A stretch of 24,000 nt of DNA from an uncultured Candidatus Saccharibacteria bacterium (GTDB taxonomy: Bacteria; Patescibacteriota; Saccharimonadia; Saccharimonadales; JBPEXE01): assembly GCA_964536005.1 (NCBI GenBank), contig CAZHXE010000001.1:7067-31066 (forward strand). Reading direction: 5' to 3'. The notes beneath the pieces are model-generated. The model was given only the letters and a program-made list of their open reading frames with translations, ran no database searches and was not told the origin of the DNA. The position numbers and the translations under genes are program-made. Position 1 is the first letter of the stretch. Every line of letters starts with the position of its first letter. Below are positions 16,438 through 23,298 of this stretch, in pieces.

Positions 16438-16649
16438 AACGGTAAAATGTCCGAGGACTCGATCTTCAAAGCCTTAGTTATTCTGTAAAGAGAATCGAGA
16501 GAAGGTAGTGAATCTCCCCTTTCTAGCCGCGCATAGTAATTCTTGTTTAAATCTGCCTTGTCGGCAAGTTGTGCCTGTGTAAGCCCGCTGTTGCTTCTAG
16601 CTTTTTTTATGTTCGCGGCTATAGCAGCTTGTTGTTTGCTGTTGATCAT
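16434..16649 (-). CDS. XRE-family helix-turn-helix transcriptional regulator
   Basis: 71 aa. GLTQAQLADKADLNKNYYARLERGDSLPSLDSLYRITKALKIESSDIL is a canonical HTH_3 (Cro/C1) domain. Its 3' end overlaps the convergent 67-aa ORF by 4 nt. Confidence 0.9.
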   Translation of the reverse strand: MINSKQQAAIAANIKKARSNSGLTQAQLADKADLNKNYYARLERGDSLPSLDSLYRITKALKIESSDILPF

Positions 16650-16652
16650 GTT

Positions 16653-16946
16653 TTATCTTCTCTCTAAGTTCTGTAAAATTTCACGATGACGCATGCGATC
16701 TCGTTTTTCTTTGCGTTGGCTTCTTCTGAGCAACCTGTAAGGTATCAGGAAAATGCCAAATAACATGTACCAGCCAATCACGAATAGCCAAGCGATTAAT
16801 ATAAGCGCTAGTGCTATCGGCACAAACAAAAGATACTTCAAAAGTATATTTTTAACATCTGTAATCTTCCATATTCGTGCAGCACTACCACTGAAGGACA
16901 GCGGTGAGCTTATAACCACCTTTTCACTTGGTAATTTATTGGGCAT
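16653..16946 (-). CDS. small 2-TM membrane protein, upstream partner of the XRE regulator
   Basis: 97 aa with an ATG start. It has two hydrophobic helices (LLKYLLFVPIALALILIAWLFVIGWYMLFGIFLI) followed by a strongly basic tail (RRSQRKEKRDRMRHRE). Its stop lies 3 nt before the XRE ATG. Confidence 0.6.
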   Translation of the reverse strand: MPNKLPSEKVVISSPLSFSGSAARIWKITDVKNILLKYLLFVPIALALILIAWLFVIGWYMLFGIFLIPYRLLRRSQRKEKRDRMRHREILQNLERR

Positions 16947-17050
16947 AATCCTTTAAACATTCTCTTTCATTATGATGTTCCGTTCCATTTGTTTAGGAAA
17001 TCTGTGTTCATTAGGACATTATTTCACATATTTAGCTCCGAACAGAATAC

Positions 17051-17133
17051 TTGAAGATATTTTAATATTTTGAAAATTTAATCAATTTTTAATGTTAGAC
17101 TAATCATTAACTTTTTCACCTCTTGAAAATTTA
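17051..17133 (+). promoter_or_regulatory. three TTGAA(A/G)AT..TTTA direct repeats in the AT-rich divergent intergenic region
   Basis: TTGAAAATTTA occurs identically at 17070-17080 and 17123-17133, 53 bp apart. A degenerate copy, TTGAAGATATTTTA, lies at 17051-17064. The repeats sit between the XRE/2-TM operon (-) and the T4SS operon (+). Confidence 0.4.
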
Positions 17134-17187
17134 CCTAACAATCAACGCAACTACTACCCCTGTAACCATAAGTACAAAACAATAAAC

Positions 17188-17215
17188 TTGCAAAAGTGTA
17201 AAGTTTTATGATACT
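17188..17215 (+). promoter_or_regulatory. candidate promoter of the T4SS operon
   Basis: TTGCAA (17188-17193), a 16-nt spacer, then GATACT (17210-17215). This lies ~25 nt upstream of the pilin-like gene ATG at 17240. The -10 box is weak. Confidence 0.3.
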
Positions 17216-17239
17216 TTGCCACAACAAACGGAGGTACGT

Positions 17240-17590
17240 ATGGTTTCTAATAAACTTCGGATCATTGTGGCTTTGGTGGCTGCATTTGGTCTGCCACTAC
17301 TACTCTCTGATGCAGCATTTGCCCAAGAAGCAACAGCGGCTGGCGTTGGACAAGTTGAGAACTTTATCCGTAGTGTCATCCAAGTGGTTGCAGGGTTGTC
17401 CGGTCTGATTGCGACCGGATTTTTTGTTGTTGGAGGGTTCGGGTATATAACATCATCAGGTAATCCAGAGGTGCTGCAGAAATCAAAACGCACAATTTTC
17501 TACTCTGGCATGGGTCTAGCAATAACAATCGGTGCGTTTATTTTAAGCAACATAGTTACTTCTTTAGCTACAAACGCGTTCGGAGCGTAG
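17240..17590 (+). CDS. TrbC/VirB2-like T4SS pilin
   Basis: The ORF-track entry starts at 17216, but the ATG at 17240 has GGAGG (17230-17234) 5 nt upstream. The signal peptide is MVSNKLRIIVALVAAFGLPLLLSDAAFA/QE. Two hydrophobic helices flank a short polar loop (GGFGYITSSGNPEVLQKSKRT), the topology typical of VirB2/TrbC pilins. It is the first gene of a T4SS operon. Confidence 0.75.
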   Translation: MVSNKLRIIVALVAAFGLPLLLSDAAFAQEATAAGVGQVENFIRSVIQVVAGLSGLIATGFFVVGGFGYITSSGNPEVLQKSKRTIFYSGMGLAITIGAFILSNIVTSLATNAFGA

Positions 17591-17599
17591 TTTTCTCTA

Positions 17600-18910
17600 A
17601 TGGATTCGCTAGTTGCCCTTAGTTCTTGGGTGGCTAACTTCGCAGTAGTGAATGCAGACATTCAAAACTACTTGCGGCCTATTATGGTCGCGTTGATTAG
17701 TCTGGCAGGCGTAGCGAGCGCATTTTTCTTAGTACTTGGTGGGTTTGAGTACATGACGAGTTCTGGCAAGCCAGATAAGTTAGAGCATGCCAAAAAAGTG
17801 TTACGCAATGCACTGATTGGGTTATCTATGGTGATTGCAGCCGGAGCATTAACAGCGATTTTGACGAGTGCTTATACCGAGACGGGTGGCTCATCCACTC
17901 TTGAAAGCGTGCCCGTACTGCAACCTGCCGAAATAAACGATGAAGGCGGCGGCGTTACCGAAGTGCTCATTAACTCTATTATTGGATTGTTTAAGCATTT
18001 TGTAGATTCTGCTGCCTCGCCAATTATTAATGCGGTTGATCACTTTACCAAAAACACTCCGCTCATGGCAGACAACAAAGGTGTACTGAATCTGTGGCTG
18101 GGTGTGCTTGGTATCTCAAATGCTCTTCTGGTACTTGTCGTGGCGTTACTAGGGTTCCAAGTTATGAGTGCGGCATCGCTTGGACTTGATGAAATTGAGT
18201 TTAAGCATCTGTTACCGAAGATAGGCGCAACGTTTCTGATTATGAATATGTCGATATTTGCTATCGATGCAGTGATAAGCCTCACCAATGTCATGATATC
18301 CGCCATAGCTAGCGCTACTGGTACACAGACTGTGTTTAACACGCTTTCTGATGTGATGAGTGATGCGGGCAAGCAAGGTTTGGTATCGCTACTTCTTATG
18401 ATCGTATTCATAGTACTCTCTGTTTTGTTATTAGTTTACTACGTCGTTCGCGTCGTTACTTTGTATGTTGGTGCTGTCCTGTCGCCAATGGTAGTGCTTT
18501 TGCAGCTAGTTCCTGGATTCCGCGACTTTACTACCCTAGCGGTGAAAGCTTACATATCAACGATTTTTAATCTATTTGTGCACGTAATAATCCTGGCAAT
18601 TGCTGCAACACTTTTTGTTGGATTAGCAGGGCCGGACGAATCAGGCTATAACCCGCTCATGTCACTTGTTGGAGGAATTGCGGCTATATTCACACTGCTC
18701 AAAACCCAGCAAGTCATGATGCAGTTGAGTTATGCCAGCAACGGATCCCGAGCTTTGCGTAAAATGGGAACTGAATTTATCAGCGGTATTAGCTACATGG
18801 CTGAGCGGCGCAGGCGTCAAAGTGATGACATTGATTCAAGCAGTGGTGCGGGAAATGGAAATAGTACGACATCACGTAAACCAAAACCAGTTAAAGAGGG
18901 ATATCAATGA
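17600..18910 (+). CDS. VirB6/TrbL-like polytopic membrane protein with an N-terminal pilin-like module
   Basis: 436 aa. Residues ~20-95 (IQNYLRPIMVALISLAGVASAFFLVLGGFEYMTSSGKPDKLEHAKKVLRNALIGLSMVIAAGAL) align with the preceding pilin (VENFIRSVIQVVAGLSGLIATGFFVVGGFGYITSSGNPEVLQKSKRTIFYSGMGLAITIGAFIL). The remainder has 5-6 further TM helices and a polar Ser/Gly/Lys tail, as in VirB6/TrbL/PrgH-type proteins. Confidence 0.75.
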   Translation: MDSLVALSSWVANFAVVNADIQNYLRPIMVALISLAGVASAFFLVLGGFEYMTSSGKPDKLEHAKKVLRNALIGLSMVIAAGALTAILTSAYTETGGSSTLESVPVLQPAEINDEGGGVTEVLINSIIGLFKHFVDSAASPIINAVDHFTKNTPLMADNKGVLNLWLGVLGISNALLVLVVALLGFQVMSAASLGLDEIEFKHLLPKIGATFLIMNMSIFAIDAVISLTNVMISAIASATGTQTVFNTLSDVMSDAGKQGLVSLLLMIVFIVLSVLLLVYYVVRVVTLYVGAVLSPMVVLLQLVPGFRDFTTLAVKAYISTIFNLFVHVIILAIAATLFVGLAGPDESGYNPLMSLVGGIAAIFTLLKTQQVMMQLSYASNGSRALRKMGTEFISGISYMAERRRRQSDDIDSSSGAGNGNSTTSRKPKPVKEGYQ

Positions 18911-19416
18911 AAACAACCATAGTGCCAGCTCAAATTACATCCGTCGAAGACAAAGTCGTCGGCAATATATCTGTTAAACAGCTACTTTTGCTTATGTCAC
19001 CTGTTTTTTTGGGAGTCGTCATTTTTGCATTCTTGCCCCCATTTATCAAATATACAACTTTGAAACTTGCCATCGTTTCTACCATCGTGACTGTTTGTTC
19101 TGTATTGGCGATTCGTTGGCGCGGCAAGCTTGTTGCTGAGTGGATCGCAATTATGAGTCGTTACAACTCACGACCCCGCCACTACGTATACAGCAAAAAG
19201 GATTCGTTTCTTCGTCCTAAGCATTCTTCTGCAAAACGTATTGAGCTAGAAGTCCCAATAGTTGCAGAAGAACAGCCAGAAACCGATTTTGCAGCGAAGC
19301 TAGCCCCATCAGAATTCGTAAGACTCGAACATGCAATAGAAAATCCGGCAGCAAATTTTAGGTTCAGCGTTACCCGTAAAGGAGGCCTCCGTGTCCATAT
19401 TAAAGAAATCCGTTAA
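18907..19416 (+). CDS. PrgI-family (VirB3-like) T4SS membrane protein
   Basis: It has an ATGA overlap with the upstream gene. VPAQITSVEDKVVGNISVKQLLLLMSPVFLGVVIFAFLP followed by a second TM helix matches my recollection of the PrgI family. Its position immediately upstream of VirB4 is as for VirB3. Confidence 0.7.
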   Translation: MKTTIVPAQITSVEDKVVGNISVKQLLLLMSPVFLGVVIFAFLPPFIKYTTLKLAIVSTIVTVCSVLAIRWRGKLVAEWIAIMSRYNSRPRHYVYSKKDSFLRPKHSSAKRIELEVPIVAEEQPETDFAAKLAPSEFVRLEHAIENPAANFRFSVTRKGGLRVHIKEIR

Positions 19417-20002
19417 ACCACTAAGCTCTCGTCGGCAAATTCGAATCGAGGGCGTGCATGACGGTATCCTCATACTGCCGAACGGCGAGTACAGACTTGC
19501 CTTAGAAACATCGTCTATCAATTTTGAGCTTATGAGCGAAACAGAGCAGGATGCGATTATCGACACGTATCAGAGTTTTTTGAATTCACTCAATACGCCG
19601 TTTCAAATTCTTGTGAGAGTACGCGAACTTGATATGGATAAATACATTAGTTCGTTTCGTGAAAATCAAACATCGTCAGATGAAGAAGCTTTTACCGACC
19701 AAACTACGAGCTATACCCAATTCGTGAAAGGATTGGTCAGTGATAACAAGATTCTAACTCGCAGTTTCTATGTTGTTTTACCTTATAGTTCGAATGGCAA
19801 AGACTTTGAAGTAGTGAAAGAGCAGCTAAAACTAACGGGCGACATTGTAAGCAAAGGCTTAGGGCGTATGGGAATGCAGTCGCGCAGGCTATCGAGTCTT
19901 GAAGTGCTTGATCTGTTCTATAGTTTTTATTCTCCAAAACAAGCTAAACGACAGCCACTCACCGAGCAAACACTGTCTATGCTAAAGGAGAGCTACCTAT
20001 GA
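19391..20002 (+). CDS. VirB4-like ATPase, N-terminal domain encoded as a separate ORF
   Basis: The GTG start at 19391 has AAAGGAGG 5-6 nt upstream. RRQIRIEGVHDGILILPNGEYRLALETSSINFELMSETEQDAIIDTYQSFLNSLNTPFQILVRVRELDMDKYI resembles the N-terminal region of Gram-positive VirB4 homologues (PrgJ/TcpF/CD1110-type). 203 + 583 aa together approximate a full-length VirB4. Confidence 0.7.
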   Translation: MSILKKSVKPLSSRRQIRIEGVHDGILILPNGEYRLALETSSINFELMSETEQDAIIDTYQSFLNSLNTPFQILVRVRELDMDKYISSFRENQTSSDEEAFTDQTTSYTQFVKGLVSDNKILTRSFYVVLPYSSNGKDFEVVKEQLKLTGDIVSKGLGRMGMQSRRLSSLEVLDLFYSFYSPKQAKRQPLTEQTLSMLKESYL

Positions 20003-21750
20003 GCATTGAAATGTTGTTAAACCCAAAGCAGACGTTGAAAGATTGGCAGCAAAAGAGAGCTGAGGAGCCGAAAAACTTTACATTTGATTATGGCCAGCAA
20101 GACCCTATGGACATCATTAGCTACGCAGGGCTGGAAGAACAAGCAGATCACTTGGTGATCGATGGTCGCTACATTAGAAGCCTATACATATCTGGATATC
20201 CTTTTGTAGCACATTCTGGCTGGCTTAATAGCTTGATTAACTTTAACAGCAATATAGATATTAGTTACCACATGAGCCAGGTTGAAGCGACTCAGGCACT
20301 GCCTAAACTTAACCGTAAAATCACTGAGCTTGAGAGTACGAAACGAGCCATGATCCGCTCTGGAAAAATTGTTGGGCCTGAAGTTACCGACCCTCTAGAT
20401 TCCGCAATGGAATTACGTGACAAAATCCAACGTGGCCAAGAAATGCTGTTTCAGGCAGCAATATATGTTTCTTTGAGTGCTGATAGTTTAGAGGAACTTG
20501 AAAAGCTAACAACTTTGCTTGAAACAACACTGTCGGCGCGATTGTTTTTTACCAAGACTGCACGTTACCAGCAGGTAGAAGCACTGCAAGCTGTGCTACC
20601 TAGGGCAGAAGATCGATTAGAACAGCGACGCAACCTAGATAGTTCATCTGCTGCTCTGACTTTCCCTTTTATGAGTAGTGAGATGGTACACGAAAAAGGT
20701 ATTCTGTACGGTGTTAACAAATCCAATAACTCACTTGTAATCTTAGATCGGTTTAGTTTACACAATGCTAATTCAATCATATTCGCGCAAAGTGGTTCTG
20801 GCAAAAGTTACGCAAGTAAAGTTGAAATTTTGCGCCAATTGATGCAGGGTACCCATGTAATCGTTATTGACCCAGAACGTGAATATAAACTGTTAAGTGA
20901 AAAGGTTGGTGGCAGTTACATCAAGCTTTCTACAAACTCACAGCAGAAAATAAATCCGTTTGATCTATCCTCTACTACAAACAGTAAACGTGATTTGAGT
21001 GAGCATATTCAAGACTTAACTGAGATTGTGAGTTTGATGGTGGATGGTCTGAGCCCTAAAGAAAAGGCATCTTTAGACAAAGCGCTGATAAATCTATATA
21101 AACGGAGCGATGACAACAAACCCCTTCTCAAGGATCTGTACCACGAATTGCGATTACTCGACCAAGCAAAGTTAACTGAAAGATTGGAACGTTTTGTAAG
21201 TGGATCTTTATCTGACGTATTTAACAATCAAAGCAATGTGAGCTTAGATAACAAACTGGTAATTTTTGATATCAAAGACATGCCTGAAAGCATGCGCCAA
21301 CTAATGATCCTGATTATTTCACATCATGTTCAAAATGAAGTTAAGAACAATCCCCGCAAGAGACTGCTAGTTATTGATGAAGGCTGGTTGTTGTTGGAGC
21401 ATGAAGAGTCGGCACGATTTATTGCAGGATTAGTACGGAGAGCTCGAAAATATTACCTTGGCGTTTCAATCATCACCCAGCAAGCGAACGACTTTTTGAA
21501 AAACGATTACGGAAGAGCCATAGCGTCCCAAAGCGCACTACGTATTTTGATGCGGCAGGATACCACAACCATTAAAAATGTCGTAAACGAATTTAATTTG
21601 AGCGAGTATGAAGACAACTTTTTACTGACTTGTGATAAAGGCGATGCCCTTATTATCGCAGATCAAAATCATGCGGCAGTGCGTGTAGTAGCGTCTAAAG
21701 AAGAACACCCCCTCATAACTACTAATCCTCAAGAACTCTATGGATTATGA
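19999..21750 (+). CDS. virB4: VirB4-like T4SS ATPase (C-terminal ATPase part)
   Basis: It has an ATGA overlap with the preceding ORF and AAGGAG (19985-19990) 8 nt upstream. Walker A is AQSGSGKSY (GSGKS at nt 20794-20808) and Walker B is RLLVIDEGW. The following ...GLVRRARKYYLGVSIITQQ region is typical of the VirB4/DUF87 family. Confidence 0.92.
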   Translation: MSIEMLLNPKQTLKDWQQKRAEEPKNFTFDYGQQDPMDIISYAGLEEQADHLVIDGRYIRSLYISGYPFVAHSGWLNSLINFNSNIDISYHMSQVEATQALPKLNRKITELESTKRAMIRSGKIVGPEVTDPLDSAMELRDKIQRGQEMLFQAAIYVSLSADSLEELEKLTTLLETTLSARLFFTKTARYQQVEALQAVLPRAEDRLEQRRNLDSSSAALTFPFMSSEMVHEKGILYGVNKSNNSLVILDRFSLHNANSIIFAQSGSGKSYASKVEILRQLMQGTHVIVIDPEREYKLLSEKVGGSYIKLSTNSQQKINPFDLSSTTNSKRDLSEHIQDLTEIVSLMVDGLSPKEKASLDKALINLYKRSDDNKPLLKDLYHELRLLDQAKLTERLERFVSGSLSDVFNNQSNVSLDNKLVIFDIKDMPESMRQLMILIISHHVQNEVKNNPRKRLLVIDEGWLLLEHEESARFIAGLVRRARKYYLGVSIITQQANDFLKNDYGRAIASQSALRILMRQDTTTIKNVVNEFNLSEYEDNFLLTCDKGDALIIADQNHAAVRVVASKEEHPLITTNPQELYGL

Positions 21751-22373
21751 TCCCGATCGCTTCATGGCTTCTCAAAAACTCTAAAACCGAGATTAAGTTA
21801 GTTCTTGCAACCATTGCACTATTGATTACCTTGCCAGCTCTTAGCGTTGTGGTTGTCGCTAGCTCAGGCATTCAGCTTGTTGGCGATGCAATAGCAGCAG
21901 TAAATCCAGTCACCCATCTTGTGGAGATATTTGGGCCGAACGGTGATAAGGTCGATGAGATTGAGCTGTCGACAACATGGCCAGTAAGCGGTACAGTTAC
22001 TGACGAGTTCGGCACAAGTGAAACATGGCGCCGACTACTTGGGCTCGGTTACCACACTGGAATAGACATAACTAATGCTATGTACACACCCATTACACCT
22101 TTTACCAGTGGAACAGTGCTTGCAGTGGATAATACTGATGATTCAGCATGCGGTAAAAGTATAACTATTAAGCATACTGATCGTCTCAAGTCGCAGTATT
22201 GTCACTTGGATTCAGCCGTTGAGTACGCAGTTGACTCACCTGTGGTGCCAGGGGATGTTATTGGCTATCTTGGCAGTACCGGTACTTCAACAGGTCCGCA
22301 TTTGCACTTTATGATTTATGTTTATGGTATTCCTGTTAACCCAAGGACGTTTATGGTAGGTGAGCCGAATTAG
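21747..22373 (+). CDS. M23-family (LytM-type) peptidoglycan metallopeptidase, T4SS-associated
   Basis: It has an ATGA overlap with virB4 and an N-terminal TM helix. M23 motifs are present: YHTGIDI (HxxxD) and GSTGTSTGPHLHFMIY (HxH). Confidence 0.9.
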   Translation: MIPIASWLLKNSKTEIKLVLATIALLITLPALSVVVVASSGIQLVGDAIAAVNPVTHLVEIFGPNGDKVDEIELSTTWPVSGTVTDEFGTSETWRRLLGLGYHTGIDITNAMYTPITPFTSGTVLAVDNTDDSACGKSITIKHTDRLKSQYCHLDSAVEYAVDSPVVPGDVIGYLGSTGTSTGPHLHFMIYVYGIPVNPRTFMVGEPN

Positions 22374-22402
22374 ATAAATTTACGAAGTGGGAAGGCATTT
22401 CT

Positions 22403-22966
22403 CTAGTAAAATTTTGAATCAAAATTAAAGAGTATTGCAACTAATATAAGTAGATATGAAATAACTCCCACTGACAGAAATATAATTTGAATATATAGCC
22501 ATTTTTTAGGAGTTTTTACTGGAGGAACTTCAAGAATTTCGTCTGTCCTTTCTCTGGCCTCACTTAATGACTCGAATTTAACTTCACTAAAAAGTTTAAC
22601 TACTTCATTCAACTTTTCCGCCCAATTAAAGTTGAATTTAACTATTTCAAAGTAGTATTTAATTCCGGACATAATAGACAAAATGTACGATGTTACTCCC
22701 GTTAAAATAAGTATCTTTTGTATTGCTGATAATTTCTCCGCTTCACTCACGTTGCTAAGCAATATAACAGATGCTGATAACAAAACAGTAGTTATAAGTA
22801 GCAGCTGGCTGCATGCTACACGCTCGGTTTCGTTTTCTTCATTCAAAGATCTATCGCGTTGTGCGATATATTCGAATCTAGAACTGGAGATATAGGAAAT
22901 TATATCCTTATCAGTGAGGTCAAGTTTTTTGATTTTTGGTCTTGCTCTAGCTTTGGTAGGCAACAT
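22403..22966 (-). CDS. hypothetical 3-TM membrane protein (very AT-rich)
   Basis: The ORF-track entry 22403..22975 starts at TTG, with the first ATG at 22966 (MLPTKARARPK...). The three hydrophobic helices are LLLITTVLLSASVILLSNV, ILILTGVTSYILSIMSGI and WLYIQIIFLSVGVISYLLILVAILF. I recognise no family. Confidence 0.6.
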   Translation of the reverse strand: MLPTKARARPKIKKLDLTDKDIISYISSSRFEYIAQRDRSLNEENETERVACSQLLLITTVLLSASVILLSNVSEAEKLSAIQKILILTGVTSYILSIMSGIKYYFEIVKFNFNWAEKLNEVVKLFSEVKFESLSEARERTDEILEVPPVKTPKKWLYIQIIFLSVGVISYLLILVAILFNFDSKFY

Positions 22967-22971
22967 AATAC

Positions 22972-23109
22972 TCAATCATCTTCTTCGTCTTCGCTAACAT
23001 CGTCCTCGCTGTCATCTGATGGCTCTACCGGGGCCATTGCCATCGGTGTTGGAAAGTTTGAGCCTTTTATAACTCTAGATGGTTGGCTCGGGTTTTCTGT
23101 ATCACTCAT
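22972..23109 (-). CDS. possible 45-aa acidic micro-ORF upstream of the membrane protein (speculative)
   Basis: Not in the ORF track because it is too short. The reverse complement reads ATG AGT GAT ACA GAA AAC ... = MSDTENPSQPSRVIKGSNFPTPMAMAPVEPSDDSEDDVSEDEEDD*. Its stop (22972-22974) abuts the start of the next gene. I see no SD. The + strand ORF 22859..23116 is its Ser-rich antisense. Confidence 0.25.
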   Translation of the reverse strand: MSDTENPSQPSRVIKGSNFPTPMAMAPVEPSDDSEDDVSEDEEDD

Positions 23110-23298
23110 TACATAATTTTATCAGATTTGGAATTTGTATGTTTCGGTTGTGACGCGATACTAAGACACACCATAACCCTTGTCTTAGTGCTAGAATAAT
23201 AGTTACCAAGCAAACACACTAACTTCTGGTGGAGTAAAGCGTCCCTGCTGCGGTTTAATTATACGAATCAAGCAAGCATACTTCGGTCACTGCTTGAC

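Noticed and set aside
17206-17493. ORFs 17206..17493 (-) and 17208..17408 (+) overlapping the pilin-like gene
   Set aside because: The pilin frame has an SD, a signal peptide, VirB2-like topology and a paralogous module in the next gene. The alternatives have none of these.
19999-20002. Reading the VirB4 split simply as a pseudogene
   Set aside because: I did not call it a pseudogene. Both parts are full-length with intact motifs, and the second has its own SD and an ATGA coupling overlap. A frameshift or sequencing error still cannot be excluded without reads or orthologues.
22859-23116. 85-aa + strand ORF with a poly-Ser stretch
   Set aside because: It overlaps the start of the 3-TM gene and is the antisense of the acidic micro-ORF region. 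It is low-complexity (SSSSSSLTSSSLSS). Neither strand is strongly supported here, so only the minus-strand micro-ORF is listed, at low confidence.
23171-23298. Hairpins CTAAGACA(12-nt loop)TGTCTTAG (~23172-23199) and CAAGCA..TTCG..TGCTTG (~23263-23286) as terminators or a small RNA
   Set aside because: Neither is followed by a convincing U-tract on the relevant strand. The second may weakly terminate the SRAP gene, but the evidence is too thin to list as a feature.
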